DNA of 62,011 nt, taken from NCBI GenBank assembly GCA_013002345.1, contig JABDKH010000096.1, positions 1-62,011 of the forward strand, given 5' to 3'. The notes beneath the pieces are model-generated. The model did no database searches, was not told the DNA's origin, and worked only from the letters and a program-made list of their open reading frames with translations. The position numbers and the translations under genes were made by a program. Source of the DNA: Rhodothermales bacterium (GTDB lineage: Bacteria; Bacteroidota; Rhodothermia; Rhodothermales; JABDKH01). Below, piece by piece: positions 19,944 to 30,317 of this stretch (the first letter of the stretch is position 1; each line of letters starts with the position of its first letter).

Positions 19944-20757
19944 CCGCGCCACGCGAGCCATAATCAGGAAGGACCTCATGGTCGTGCTGCGCACAAAATC
20001 TGTGGCGCTGCCCATGCTCCTTGTCCCGCTCATGGTGCTGATCGTGCTGCCGATCCTGTTGGCGATCCTTGCACAATATGCATCGGATCCGGCCCTGCGG
20101 GCGGATGTGGACATCAGAATGCTGCTTGAAAATCTGCCCGCCCCGGCGCGGTCCGCTCTCGCCGGTCTCACCGTGGAGCAGCAGTTCGTCTACGTGTCGC
20201 TGGTCTACATCATGGCGCCGCTGTTCCTGCTGATTCCGTGTGTCGTTGCGGTCGTCGTGGCGGCCGACAGTTTTGCCGGTGAGAAAGAGCGGCGGACACT
20301 CGAAGCGTTGCTCTATACGCCGCTGACCGATCTTCACCTGTTCCTGGCGAAGGTGCTGTCCGCGTGCGTACCGGCTATCGTCCTCGGGGTGGGGTCGTTC
20401 CTCATCTACTGCGTTGTTGCGAACGCTGCGGCGTGGCCGATCATGCAGCGCCTGTTCTTTCCGACGACCATGTGGCTCGTACTGGTCTTCTGGCTCGCAC
20501 CCGCCGTAGCAATGCTTGCACTCGGCACAACCGTGCTCGTATCCGCCAGGGCAGGAACGTTTCAGGCGGCATACCAGCTCGGCTCACTCGTCGTGCTTCC
20601 GATTGTGTTTCTGATCGTAGGCCAGGCGAAGGGTCTTCTATTCTTCCAGGTATGGGTCGTTTTTCTGCTCGGCCTCGCATTCTGGGCCGTGGGTGGAGGG
20701 CTCGTGTATCTCGGGGCACGATCGTTCCGGCGGACGATCGTCGCTACGAGAATGTAG
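19927..20757 (+). CDS. ABC-2 type transporter permease
   Basis: Overlaps the ATPase gene's end. About six hydrophobic helices. Alternative starts at 19930 and 19936. Confidence 0.75.
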   Translation: MMFMNSRATRAIIRKDLMVVLRTKSVALPMLLVPLMVLIVLPILLAILAQYASDPALRADVDIRMLLENLPAPARSALAGLTVEQQFVYVSLVYIMAPLFLLIPCVVAVVVAADSFAGEKERRTLEALLYTPLTDLHLFLAKVLSACVPAIVLGVGSFLIYCVVANAAAWPIMQRLFFPTTMWLVLVFWLAPAVAMLALGTTVLVSARAGTFQAAYQLGSLVVLPIVFLIVGQAKGLLFFQVWVVFLLGLAFWAVGGGLVYLGARSFRRTIVATRM

Positions 20758-20835
20758 CGGTAGCGGCAGGTGTAGACATCGTCATCGACGACGTTTGACT
20801 TGTGACTTGTATCAGATTCCAACCAGGCACATCAC

Positions 20836-21675
20836 ATGCGCACGAATCCCTTCGACACCGGGATCGATCTCTCGGCGCTGGATAGCCCCTATTCCATTGC
20901 GCCCGATCAGGTAGCATTCTATCGTAAGCACGCCTTCATCAAGCTCAAGGATGTGTTTTCGCCGGAAGTGCTCGACTACTTCGGTGACGCCATCACGAGC
21001 ACCGTGATGGAACTGAAGAAAGACAAGGGGCCGCTGGAAACGCGAGACACATACGGTCGCGCGTTCATCCAGGTCGCCAACCTGTGGACGAAGAGTGATG
21101 TCGTGAGGCAGCTTGTCTTCAGCCGACGACTTGGTCGCATCGCCGCCGAGTTGATGGGCGTAGACGGCGTACGGCTCTATCACGATCAAGCACTTTACAA
21201 AGAGCCCGGCGGAGGGATTACGCCGTGGCATGCCGACCAGTACTACTGGCCCCTGGCGACGAACCACTGCACCACCGCGTGGATTCCTCTTCAGGCGACG
21301 CCGCTGGAGATGGGACCGCTTGAATTCAGCGTAGGCAGTCATCAGTTGGCGGCCGGCCGAGAGCTGAAGATCAGCGACGAAAGTGAATCGACGTTACAGA
21401 AACTGCTATCTGATGAGTCGTTCGACCATGTCGTGGAGCCGTTCGACGCAGGCGAAATCAGCTTCCACGCGGGATGGTTGTACCATAGAGCAGGCCCCAA
21501 CACAACGGGTGTCCCGAGAAAAGCGATGACCGTGATCTACATGGACAGGGACATGCGGTTGAAGGAGCCCGAGCACGAGCACCAGGTCCTGGACCGCGAC
21601 GTCTGGTGCCCGGGCGCCGAGGTCGGAAGGATCATCGATTCACCGCTGAACCCTGTGATCTACCAGACGGACTGA
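20836..21675 (+). CDS. phytanoyl-CoA dioxygenase (PhyH) family Fe(II)/2-oxoglutarate oxygenase
   Basis: PhyH-like layout: FYRKHAFIKLKDVF, WHADQYYWP (HxD facial-triad region), distal FHAGWLYHRAGPN. Confidence 0.7.
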   Translation: MRTNPFDTGIDLSALDSPYSIAPDQVAFYRKHAFIKLKDVFSPEVLDYFGDAITSTVMELKKDKGPLETRDTYGRAFIQVANLWTKSDVVRQLVFSRRLGRIAAELMGVDGVRLYHDQALYKEPGGGITPWHADQYYWPLATNHCTTAWIPLQATPLEMGPLEFSVGSHQLAAGRELKISDESESTLQKLLSDESFDHVVEPFDAGEISFHAGWLYHRAGPNTTGVPRKAMTVIYMDRDMRLKEPEHEHQVLDRDVWCPGAEVGRIIDSPLNPVIYQTD

Positions 21676-21796
21676 TCGGCTCGCAGGCTGAAGCAGCCGA
21701 TTGGTAGCATCCACCATCAATGGACGCCAATGGCCTCGAACCGGTTTTGACTATCTTGAAGTTCATCTCAGTCACATAACCCTGTTGAAGACCGCC

Positions 21797-22993
21797 ATGA
21801 TTCTTTCGATGCGAACGTCCGCCTGCCTGCTCATCCTCCTCGCAGGCGCGATCGCCTGCACGCAGCCTCCTGCGGAGCGGGCAATCGACCCGGAACTGCT
21901 ACAACGCGCTACCCTGCTGACGCAGGACGTGATCATTGCTGACGGACACATCGACGTTCCCTACCGAAACTGGAGAACCCGCGAGGACATCAGCCAGACG
22001 ACCGAAGGTCACTTCGACCATCCCCGGGCAAAGGCAGGCGGCCTCGACGCACCGTTCATGTCGATCTATGTCCCTGCGGAGCGCCAACAACAACCCGGCG
22101 CGTCGAAGGCACTGGCGGATTCATTGATCGACATGGTCGAGGGCTTTGTGGCATCAGCCCCGGACAAGTTCGCCCTGGCATACTCTGTTGCCGACGTTCG
22201 TGAGAATCACACAAAAGGTCTCGTTTCGCTTCCCATGGGTATGGAGAACGGAGCCGGGTTCGAAGACGATCTGGCGAACGTGAAGCACTTCCACGAGCGC
22301 GGAATCCGATACGTAACCCTCGCGCATTCGAAGGTCAACCTGATCAGCGACTCGTCGTACGATTCCGTTCGAACCTGGAACGGGCTCAGTGACTTCGGTA
22401 TCGATGTGGTCCGAGAGATGAACCAGCTCGGAATCATGGTCGACATATCGCATGTGACAGACAGCGCGTTCTACGATGTGCTGGCCGTCACGACAGCGCC
22501 GGTCATCGCCTCTCATTCATCCGCTCGCCACTTCACGCCCGGGTGGGAGCGCAATATGAGTGACGACATGATCCGTGCACTGGGTGACAACGGCGGCGTC
22601 ATCATGATCAACTTTGGATCGATGTTCATCAGCGAAGATAGCCAGAAGGCCAGCGACAAGATCTGGGCGTACGCGAGTGAGCACGATCTCAGTTTCGATG
22701 ACGAAGAGATGGTCGCGTACATGGCAGAGAACGCCGTGCTATCGGACATATGGGACGTGGCCGACCACATCGATCATGTGGTCGCACTCGTCGGAATCGA
22801 CCACGTGGGACTGGGGTCGGACTACGACGGCGTCTCGTGGCTACCTGTCGGGTTGGAAGATGTATCCACCTACCCGAACCTGGTAGCCGTGCTGCTGGAG
22901 CGCGGGTACTCGAATCAGGATATTGAGAAGATACTGGGGACCAACCTGTTGCGCGTGTGGAGCCAGGCCGAGAGAGTCGCCCGGGCGTCCTAG
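21797..22993 (+). CDS. membrane dipeptidase, peptidase family M19
   Basis: Start moved to ATG 21797 (lipoprotein signal LLAGAIAC). M19 blocks DGHIDVP, YVTLAHS, DISHV, ASHSSARH, GLGSDYDG. Confidence 0.85.
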   Translation: MILSMRTSACLLILLAGAIACTQPPAERAIDPELLQRATLLTQDVIIADGHIDVPYRNWRTREDISQTTEGHFDHPRAKAGGLDAPFMSIYVPAERQQQPGASKALADSLIDMVEGFVASAPDKFALAYSVADVRENHTKGLVSLPMGMENGAGFEDDLANVKHFHERGIRYVTLAHSKVNLISDSSYDSVRTWNGLSDFGIDVVREMNQLGIMVDISHVTDSAFYDVLAVTTAPVIASHSSARHFTPGWERNMSDDMIRALGDNGGVIMINFGSMFISEDSQKASDKIWAYASEHDLSFDDEEMVAYMAENAVLSDIWDVADHIDHVVALVGIDHVGLGSDYDGVSWLPVGLEDVSTYPNLVAVLLERGYSNQDIEKILGTNLLRVWSQAERVARAS

Positions 22994-23026
22994 TAATCGT
23001 CGCGGGCGGACGGCTGCGGCGGAGTC

Positions 23027-24448
23027 CTAGATTGTGCTCGTCTTCCACTTCCCTCGTCGGAAAGCGATACTTGCAATAACGGCCATCAAGGTTTCGGCAG
23101 TCAGTATCGCATAGTACACCCCCTGCGGACCGAACCCGAGCGACTTCGCCAGTACGTACGCCAGCGGGATCTCCACCATCCAGAACGCAACGATGTTAAT
23201 GATCGTCGGCGTAACGGTGTCGCCCGCCCCGTTGAACGCCTGCACCATCACCATCCCCAGCGCATAGATCACGTAGCCGTAGGAGACGATTCGAAGACAG
23301 TCGATCCCATACGCCGCGACCTCTGCATCATTCGTAAACAAACCGATGAAAAACGGTGCCTGGAAAACAAACGTCAGCCCGACCGTCCCGAGGAACGCCA
23401 TGTTGTACCACGCCGTCATCCACACCGCCTTCTCCGCGCGGGCCGGATTTCCCGCACCCAGATTCTGACCCACCAGCGTTGCCGCTGCATTCGACATTCC
23501 CCACGCCGGCATAAAGAAGAAGATCAGTATGCGGATCGCTAACGTGTAGCCCGCAATGGCGGCCTCGCCAAAGCTCGAGACTAGTCGAATGAGGACGACC
23601 CAGCTTGCCGTCGAGACGAGGAACTGAAAAATTCCGAATGCCGAGACCCGGAACAGCCGCCGCATGACCGGAAATACAAGCCGCATCTGCTCGGGCAGGA
23701 TCTTGACGCGCGACCTCCTCCGGGCAAGCACATGGAACTGGTAGAGCACAGCGGTGCCTCTACCGATTGTGGTTGCGACAGCTGCGCCCGTAAGCCCCAT
23801 CTCCGGAAACGGGCCGAGTCCGAAGATCAGACACGGGTCAAGGATGATATTGATGAGATTTGCGAGCCATAGTGACCGCATGGCCATCGATGCATCACCT
23901 GCGCCTCGAAACACCGCATTAATCAGAAACAGGAGGAAGATGACCACGTTGCCTATGAATAGGACACGTGTGTATCCGGTACCGACGGTCCTGATCTCCT
24001 CAGTCGCGCCCATCACATCAAGGAGGTCCCCCGCGAAGACACCCCCGAGGACACCTACTACGGCCGCAATTCCGATACCGAGTGCGATGGCCTGAACGGC
24101 CGCGACCGAGGCGGCCGGCAGATCTCCCTCCCCGATCCGTCGAGCGACCATCGCCGTCGTTCCCATGCTGAGCCCGATCGCCAGAGCATACAGCAGCGTC
24201 AGCAACGCCTCGGTCAGACCGACTGTCGCGGCAGCCGCTGGACCGAGTCGCAACACGAAGAAGACGTCGACGACGGCAAACACCGACTCCATCGACATCT
24301 CGAGCATCATCGGGACCGACAGCAGCAGGATCGCTCGCCCGAGCCGGCCTTTCGTGTAGTCGAACTCCACTCCGCGAATCGAATCGCGTAGATCTTTCCA
24401 GATGCTCGAATGTGCGTGTGCGTCCGCCATAGCGTCGGATGCCGTCAA
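23027..24448 (-). CDS. MATE family efflux transporter
   Basis: 12-TM profile with an internal duplication. Typical MATE N-terminus: LLSVPMMLEMSMESVFAVVDVFFV. Confidence 0.85.
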   Translation of the reverse strand: MTASDAMADAHAHSSIWKDLRDSIRGVEFDYTKGRLGRAILLLSVPMMLEMSMESVFAVVDVFFVLRLGPAAAATVGLTEALLTLLYALAIGLSMGTTAMVARRIGEGDLPAASVAAVQAIALGIGIAAVVGVLGGVFAGDLLDVMGATEEIRTVGTGYTRVLFIGNVVIFLLFLINAVFRGAGDASMAMRSLWLANLINIILDPCLIFGLGPFPEMGLTGAAVATTIGRGTAVLYQFHVLARRRSRVKILPEQMRLVFPVMRRLFRVSAFGIFQFLVSTASWVVLIRLVSSFGEAAIAGYTLAIRILIFFFMPAWGMSNAAATLVGQNLGAGNPARAEKAVWMTAWYNMAFLGTVGLTFVFQAPFFIGLFTNDAEVAAYGIDCLRIVSYGYVIYALGMVMVQAFNGAGDTVTPTIINIVAFWMVEIPLAYVLAKSLGFGPQGVYYAILTAETLMAVIASIAFRRGKWKTSTI

Positions 24449-24570
24449 TCGAATATGAGGTCAACCGGATCTCGTCGGGATCCCGTGAAGCTGCAATATC
24501 GGGTTACCGTTGGAATTGAAGAGACGCTTCACCAATTTGTGATTCTTAACCTCACATCACCCGAGCTAGT

Positions 24571-25065
24571 ATGAATGCTATCCAATCAATTCGAGTGACC
24601 GGACTGCCGACGTTGGCTGCCCTTGTGTTCCTCGTCTCAGCGTGCGCGCCTCCTCCGCCTGCGGAACTGACAGAAGCTGAAAAATCGGCGATAACCGCTG
24701 CGGAAGAAACCTTTCAGGCGGCTTTCAACGAACGGGACTGGGATGCTCTGGCTGCTCAGTACACGGAAGATGCGGTCGTGCTGCCGCCAAACAGCGCTAC
24801 AGTCACAGGCCGACAGGGGATCAAGGCGCTGTTTTCAAGTTTCCCGCCCGGGACCGTGGTTGAACTGAAGGTGGTGGATATTCAGGGCGTTGGTGACCTG
24901 GCGTACGTCCGAGGCACATCCGCACTGACGATCCCCATGGGTGACGTCACCGCGACAGACCTCGGCAAGTACATCGAGATTCGGCGAAAGCAGGCTGATG
25001 GATCCTGGCTGATGATCGTCGACATCTTCAATTCGGACACTCCGCTGCCCGTTCCAGAGATGTAA
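24571..25065 (+). CDS. SnoaL-like / DUF4440 (NTF2-fold) lipoprotein
   Basis: Lipobox LVSAC. AFNERDWDALAAQYTEDAVVLPPN..G..I and DGSWLMIVDIFNSD are typical of DUF4440/SnoaL-like proteins. Confidence 0.6.
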   Translation: MNAIQSIRVTGLPTLAALVFLVSACAPPPPAELTEAEKSAITAAEETFQAAFNERDWDALAAQYTEDAVVLPPNSATVTGRQGIKALFSSFPPGTVVELKVVDIQGVGDLAYVRGTSALTIPMGDVTATDLGKYIEIRRKQADGSWLMIVDIFNSDTPLPVPEM

Positions 25066-25509
25066 GACAGGCACCAGTCCGGCGTGACGCGCTAGAGATT
25101 GACAAGCTCCTCATAGAGAAGACTCGAACCAGGTTCGGCGTATGCCTCAGGAGCCAGGTCACTAATGTGACCGGAGGTCGCTCGATCCAAACCTGGTTGT
25201 GGCGGCTGAAGATCAGTACCGTAGGCTCATTGCAACTCACATGCTGTTTTCGCCCAAAGGCCGCACGTGTAGGCAGTGACCGGCGCAATGCCGGAACGTT
25301 AGATTCGCGATGTCCTCAGCAGATATATGGGCAACTGGAACAGCTGGTCGCGAACCAGTGAGCATTTCGATTGGATGATGGACCAGGTTTTTTGGCGAGA
25401 AACAGAGGCCGGAGCGGCCATTCGCGACGCTCTGGAGACAGGTGGGGCACCTGGCCTTTCTTTAGTCGCGCTTTTTCGTTACCTCCCGGTATTCACTTGA
25501 GAGACAACG

Positions 25510-25941
25510 GTGACGATGCCTGCATCCCTGTTCAAATTCGGATTACTGGTCGTGGCGGCAGGCACAGCGCTGTCGGCGTGTGATTCGACGAATGCGGAGA
25601 TCGACGAGGCCCCTATCGTTGCGGCGATGGAAGAGATCCCGCTGGAAGAGCAGGTTATCGGACTCTGGGAGAGGGACTTCGGTAGCACGACGATAGGCTG
25701 GTTGTTCAAGGAGGGCGGCGGTTATCAGGCGGGTGAGGCGCGTCCATTCTTCCCGGTTGTTGGTAGGTGGTCGCTCAAGGGGGATACTCTTGAGCTCTTT
25801 GACGCGCGATGCGTGGATCGAGGATTCTATCGAATCGAAATCGAAGAGCTCGACCTGATCGCCACTATTGTTGATGACAACTGCGGCGGACGCGAGGAGA
25901 CGCTGGTTGGTACCTGGCGGCGATTCGTGTACGGGCAGTAG
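25510..25941 (+). CDS. hypothetical lipoprotein
   Basis: Lipobox (GTALSAC) after a hydrophobic segment. No family recognised. Confidence 0.5.
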   Translation: MTMPASLFKFGLLVVAAGTALSACDSTNAEIDEAPIVAAMEEIPLEEQVIGLWERDFGSTTIGWLFKEGGGYQAGEARPFFPVVGRWSLKGDTLELFDARCVDRGFYRIEIEELDLIATIVDDNCGGREETLVGTWRRFVYGQ

Positions 25942-26084
25942 GACCCGTTCTCGCGTATCCGCGGACACCATCGCCGCAGCGCTGTAGGTAGAAGCCCGGC
26001 CGACGCCCGCTCGTTCACCGGATTGCCTCCGTCCGAACTGCGTCGTACGATACCTGTCCTGGAAAGAACCGATGCGAGGCGGCC

Positions 26085-26498
26085 ATGGCACACAACATTC
26101 GAAGCGTTCAGTATTACTATACGACGGTGAACGACGAGCCCGGTGAGGGTTACCGGTTACTCTCACTGCTGTCGGAACTCGGAGTTAACCTTCTTGCCTT
26201 CACCGCCGTGCCATTCGGCCCGACGCGCACGCAGTTCACGATTTTCCCGGAGGATGCCGGGAAGCTCGCTGCCGAGGCTCAAAAAGCCAATCTGTCACTC
26301 GACGGACCCCACCCCGCCATCCTCGTCCAGGGTGATGACGAACTGGGAGCGCTCGCAAACATCCATCGCAAGTTGCACGGCATCGGCGTGAATGTTTACG
26401 CATCTTCAGGCGTCGCCGACGGAAGTGGCAGCTACGGCTACCTCCTGTACGTGAAGCCGGAAGACGTCGACGCAGCAATTCGTACTCTCGGCAGCTGA
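26085..26498 (+). CDS. small ACT-like domain protein (hypothetical)
   Basis: Two beta-alpha-beta-beta-alpha-beta-like halves (YRLLSLLSELGVNL.., LGALANIHRKLHGIGVNV..) reminiscent of ACT domains. Weak call. Confidence 0.45.
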   Translation: MAHNIRSVQYYYTTVNDEPGEGYRLLSLLSELGVNLLAFTAVPFGPTRTQFTIFPEDAGKLAAEAQKANLSLDGPHPAILVQGDDELGALANIHRKLHGIGVNVYASSGVADGSGSYGYLLYVKPEDVDAAIRTLGS

Positions 26499-26522
26499 TC
26501 TCGACAGCGGCAAGTACTCTTG

Positions 26523-27368
26523 CTACACGTCTTCGATCGGAAAGCGACCGTACGAGCGCAAGTAATAGAAATGATTCGTGGGCCCGTGTCCGGACCCGAT
26601 CGGCAGCCCGTGCTGTATCGCCGCAGTAACGTAGCGTTTGGTCCGTTCTACCGACTTGACGAGGCTGTAGCCTTTCGCGAGATTCGCAGCGATCGTAGAA
26701 GCAAAGGTGCACCCGGTACCGTGAGTGTGAACCGTATCGACCCTCGGCACGGAGAATGCATGCATAGAGTCCCCGTCAAAAAGAAAGTCGATGGCATCTG
26801 CCACGCCTTCAAGATGACCGCCTTTCACGAGCACTGCCCCGGGACCCATGGCGTAAATGGCGCGGGCCGCTTCTCGCGCACTTTCCACATCCCGAATCTC
26901 AAGGCCCGACAGGCGAGAGGCCTCGTGCACATTAGGCGTCAGCACGGTGGCCAACGGAAGAAGCTGCGTCTTCAACACATCGATTGCGTCGTCTGCCAGC
27001 AGTGAAAAGCCACTCTTCGAAATCATCACCGGGTCGACCACAATCGGAATGTCGGCGGCGTGCTTTGCGAGCAGGCTGGCCACCGTCTCGATGACCGGTG
27101 AAGAGGACAGCATACCCGTCTTCACGGCCGAGATCGGTATGTCACTCACGACCGCCTCAAACTGAGCTCGAATCATCTTCAGCGAAAGCTCCTTCGCCAT
27201 CGTCACGGCCTGCGTGTTTTGCGCCGTGACCGCCGTGATCACTGTTGCCGCATACACGCCGTTCGCCTGAATCGCCTTTATGTCAGCCTGGATTCCCGCT
27301 CCCCCACCCGAGTCGCTGCCCGCGATCGATAGTGCTACTCTGATATCCGATTCACGCCGAAGTAGCAT
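26523..27368 (-). CDS. thiD: hydroxymethylpyrimidine/phosphomethylpyrimidine kinase
   Basis: ThiD blocks IAGSDSGGGAGIQADIK, VKTGML, VVDPVM, HTHGTGCTF. Confidence 0.9.
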   Translation of the reverse strand: MLLRRESDIRVALSIAGSDSGGGAGIQADIKAIQANGVYAATVITAVTAQNTQAVTMAKELSLKMIRAQFEAVVSDIPISAVKTGMLSSSPVIETVASLLAKHAADIPIVVDPVMISKSGFSLLADDAIDVLKTQLLPLATVLTPNVHEASRLSGLEIRDVESAREAARAIYAMGPGAVLVKGGHLEGVADAIDFLFDGDSMHAFSVPRVDTVHTHGTGCTFASTIAANLAKGYSLVKSVERTKRYVTAAIQHGLPIGSGHGPTNHFYYLRSYGRFPIEDV

Positions 27369-27369
27369 G

Positions 27370-28050
27370 TCAGACCTCTTTCAGTTCGGTTAGGAAAGCG
27401 TGTGCTGCTGCCTTGGGATCGTCGGCATTGGCGATCGTCGACGCAGTTGCGATACCTGACGCACCGGCCTGAATGCATCGTTTCACCCGCTCGGGCCGAA
27501 GACCTCCGAGCGCATAGACTCGTCTCGGAGCAAGCGCCGTGCACACATCGCGCAAGGCGTCGACTCCCTCACCCGGGTGGTCCGGCTTTGAGTTCGTCGG
27601 AAAGATCGGACTGTAGAAGACGTAGTCCGCTCCCGCGTCAAACGCGGCCCGGGCTACGTCCAGACTGTGTGCCGAGTAACCCACAGGCCCGTTGATCCCG
27701 TCCATTCCCTTGACCTCCGAGACAGCCGGTCCATGTGCACCGACGTGCACGCCACAGTACCACTCCGCGGCAAAGTCTGCATGGAGATTGATAGAGATCA
27801 GAACGTCCTCGTCGGCGCGGCGAAGCCGACCCACCACGACACGACCTATCTCCCAGAACTCCTTCTTTGAGATCGTGTGATCGCGCAGATGCACCCACTT
27901 GACTCCCGCCTGCACCGCTCGAACGGCGTTGTACGCCACATCTCGAACACTGAAGCGATCAGCAATCAGTACCATCCGCGGCAGGTCTTTCAGGGCCTCG
28001 GGCGTCCAGATCTTGATCTTCAGTTCAGGGACTTCAACGTGAAGGAGCAT
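27370..28050 (-). CDS. thiE: thiamine-phosphate synthase
   Basis: TMP-TENI fold blocks: VHLRDH, GVHVG, GYSAHS, ADYVFYSPIFPT.SK, VYALGG. Directly upstream of thiD with a 1-nt gap. Confidence 0.8.
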   Translation of the reverse strand: MLLHVEVPELKIKIWTPEALKDLPRMVLIADRFSVRDVAYNAVRAVQAGVKWVHLRDHTISKKEFWEIGRVVVGRLRRADEDVLISINLHADFAAEWYCGVHVGAHGPAVSEVKGMDGINGPVGYSAHSLDVARAAFDAGADYVFYSPIFPTNSKPDHPGEGVDALRDVCTALAPRRVYALGGLRPERVKRCIQAGASGIATASTIANADDPKAAAHAFLTELKEV

Positions 28051-28244
28051 CGCGGCGGGGCAGGAAAAGTTGAACGTTGTCGGGAAGTCGTGGCTCGGAT
28101 CAACCTACGACGTATCGGATCGCAACGTTTCCGCATGCAGTCACGACGGCTGACATATGACGTGAACGGCGGCTCTCGATAACGACGGAAGGTACGTAGA
28201 CCCTCGTAGATGTGTCCAGTCATTAGTGGCACGCGGGGGTTCGC

Positions 28245-28485
28245 ATGAAGACAACATCTTATTTCCGAAACTGTGTACTCCGGAGGCGCCCGTACATCCG
28301 ACCCGAATGGTGCCTCGAGGCCGTTACGAGTCCATCGTTCATACAGACACAGCCAGACGGACGAATCCGGCACTGGATATTCGGCGCAGAACTTGAACGC
28401 TATTTGCGCGTGGTCACCCTGGCGGACAGGGAGACTATATCACAACGCGTTTCCAGATCGAGGTTTCAAACCACGCAGACCATGA
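28245..28485 (+). pseudogene. frameshifted small toxin-like gene (the family that usually precedes DUF2283 genes; I believe DUF4258-like)
   Basis: Frame A reads ..QPDGRIRHWIFGAELERYLRVVTLADRETI up to nt 28439. The conserved family ending HNAFPDRGFKPRRP-stop is in the +1 frame from nt 28441. A single extra nt in the run CTATATC (about nt 28440) separates them. Confidence 0.55.
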
Positions 28486-28691
28486 AATTCGAATACTACT
28501 CGGATACAGACACGTTGTACATCTCCCTCAGAGATGAGCCAGGGACCGATGCCCGCGAAGTAGCACCCGACATCGTCCTGGACGTCAGTGACTCCGGTGA
28601 TGTTGTTGGGATCGAGATCGAGAGGGCCAGTACGAGGACCGACCTCTCCGAAGTCAAGTTGTCGCACCTGCCGGTACGCGAGCTGGTCTGA
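28482..28691 (+). CDS. DUF2283 domain protein (putative antitoxin-like partner)
   Basis: MKFEYYSDTDTLYISL..E...DVVLD.D..G.VVGIEI pattern typical of DUF2283. Its ATG (28482) overlaps, as ATGA, the TGA (28483..28485) of the shifted upstream frame. Confidence 0.7.
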   Translation: MKFEYYSDTDTLYISLRDEPGTDAREVAPDIVLDVSDSGDVVGIEIERASTRTDLSEVKLSHLPVRELV

Positions 28692-28753
28692 GGAAGGATG
28701 GCGAAGTCGTCAGGAAGTTTGTGGCAACCGTGTTCTGCGGCGCCGGACCAGCG

Positions 28754-29566
28754 TCACCGTCCGACCCTCCCCTCCATGGCAGAAGACGCCTGTGCGTAGA
28801 ATCGACGCGGAATCCGACCGGCGCGATACGCCGTCCGGCCAGCCTCCACAGCCTTCTTCATGGCGACCGCCATTTCGACCGGGTGCTTCGCCCGCGACAC
28901 GGCTGAGTTGAGCAGGACGCCATCATAGCCCAGCTCCATCGCGCGGGCCGCATCGCTCGCCGTACCGATGCCTGCATCTACAACGAGCGGCGTATCGGGG
29001 ATAAGCTCCCGAACAAGTTGCAGGTTGTACGGGTTGACGAGTCCCATGCCGCTTCCGATAGGTGAAGCGAGCGGCATTACCGCGGCACAGCCCATATCCG
29101 CCAGCTTACGGCACGAAATCGGATCGTCGTTGCAGTATGCAAACACAGTGAAGCCGTCATCAATCAACGTCTTCGCGGCACGCAACAGCTGTTCAACGTC
29201 GGGCATCAGCGTCTCGTCATCGCCAATCACTTCAAGCTTGATCAGGTCCGTCTCCAGGGCCTCTCTGGCAAGCTGGGCAACGAGTACGGCCTCCGTCGAC
29301 GTGTAGCAGCCCGCGGTGTTTGGAAGAAGCGCAAATTCGCGGCTCGAGAGCAAGTCCATGAACCCTCCCTCGGACTGGTCCTTGAGATTTACTCGACGGA
29401 TCGCGACGGTCACCAATTCCGTGCCGGAGGCGTCCAGCGCTTCCAGCATCGTGCCGGGATTCGGATAGCCGCTGCTGCCCAGGAAGAGCCTCGACGCTAA
29501 CTCAAGCGACCCCATCTGAAGCACGTCGCCCGCACCGACGGTGGCTGTCACATTATCGTCCATCAT
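28754..29566 (-). CDS. thiG: thiazole synthase
   Basis: Start trimmed to the Met at 29566. ThiG blocks [65 protein letters not shown]. Confidence 0.9.
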   Translation of the reverse strand: MMDDNVTATVGAGDVLQMGSLELASRLFLGSSGYPNPGTMLEALDASGTELVTVAIRRVNLKDQSEGGFMDLLSSREFALLPNTAGCYTSTEAVLVAQLAREALETDLIKLEVIGDDETLMPDVEQLLRAAKTLIDDGFTVFAYCNDDPISCRKLADMGCAAVMPLASPIGSGMGLVNPYNLQLVRELIPDTPLVVDAGIGTASDAARAMELGYDGVLLNSAVSRAKHPVEMAVAMKKAVEAGRTAYRAGRIPRRFYAQASSAMEGRVGR

Positions 29567-29809
29567 TCGTGTTGTTTTGATTTCGACGGAGCAAGCCAGG
29601 GCGCCTCGCGGAAGCAAGGAGACTGACGCATTCACATGATACCTGCGCCACCCCAAAATGATACTGGATCATCGTGAAAAATGGATGCTGGCGCACGGTT
29701 CGAATGAAGCACAGCGGCACTCAATACCGCGATAATCCACAGAAGCATCTTGAAGATGCGCCGCCGTGTTGCCGATCTTTCGGCCATCGATCTCTACCTA
29801 CCTGTGGCC

Positions 29810-30106
29810 ATGATTAAGAAGCAACCCATCAAGAAGTCGAAAAAGATCAAGGTGACGTTCGTTCTGCCAGGCGATCACCCGTACGGAAAGATCTCCGTAG
29901 TGGGCGATTTCAACGGCTGGGACGCGTCGGCGAATAAGTTCGGCAAGCGCAACAACGGCACCTACAGCACGTCGGTCAAGCTCGATGCGGGCCAGCGCCT
30001 CGGCTTCCGGTACTTCGCAGACGATGGCCGCTGGGTCGACGAAGACGATGCGGACGGCCATGAGCCGACCCCGTTCGGGTCGGTCAACTGCATCCTCGAG
30101 ACCTGA
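29810..30106 (+). CDS. stand-alone CBM48 / isoamylase-N (E-set, glycogen-binding-like) domain protein
   Basis: VTFVLPGD..ISVVGDFNGWD......K..NGTYSTSVKL..G....FRYF.DDG.W..D is the AMPK-beta/CBM48-like pattern. Start chosen at ATG 29810. Confidence 0.65.
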   Translation: MIKKQPIKKSKKIKVTFVLPGDHPYGKISVVGDFNGWDASANKFGKRNNGTYSTSVKLDAGQRLGFRYFADDGRWVDEDDADGHEPTPFGSVNCILET

Positions 30107-30317
30107 GACCCGCAGGATCTGCGATACCCGGTCCTGCCACGACCCACAGCGTCGCTGCCTCACGCAGGCAAGACGCTAGGCTGAATTCCCGCAGAGCGTT
30201 GGGCTGCAATTATTTGCATTTGAGAATGAGGGACCGTGGCGAGGGGCACAAATCGTTGTGCGGATGACCCTCGACCTCCTTGGAAGCAGGCCGGCATGAC
30301 CCCCGTCCCGCGATAGC

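Noticed and set aside
28245-28691. Treating the 148-aa track ORF as one genuine protein.
   Set aside because: The C-terminal 70 aa form a complete DUF2283 protein with its own ATG. The conserved end of the upstream family, plus an ATGA stop/start overlap, is present in the +1 frame. A frameshifted two-gene cassette explains the data better.
29567-29809. Possible TPP riboswitch upstream of thiG (GGGGTGGCGC-like stretch on the minus strand). I also checked upstream of thiO and thiE and the CTGAGACCC string at 30100.
   Set aside because: The CUGAGA / ACCUGAUC.GG.UAAUGCC.GCG core elements are not present in the right order or orientation. The CTGAGA at about nt 30101 spans the stop codon of the plus-strand CBM48 gene.
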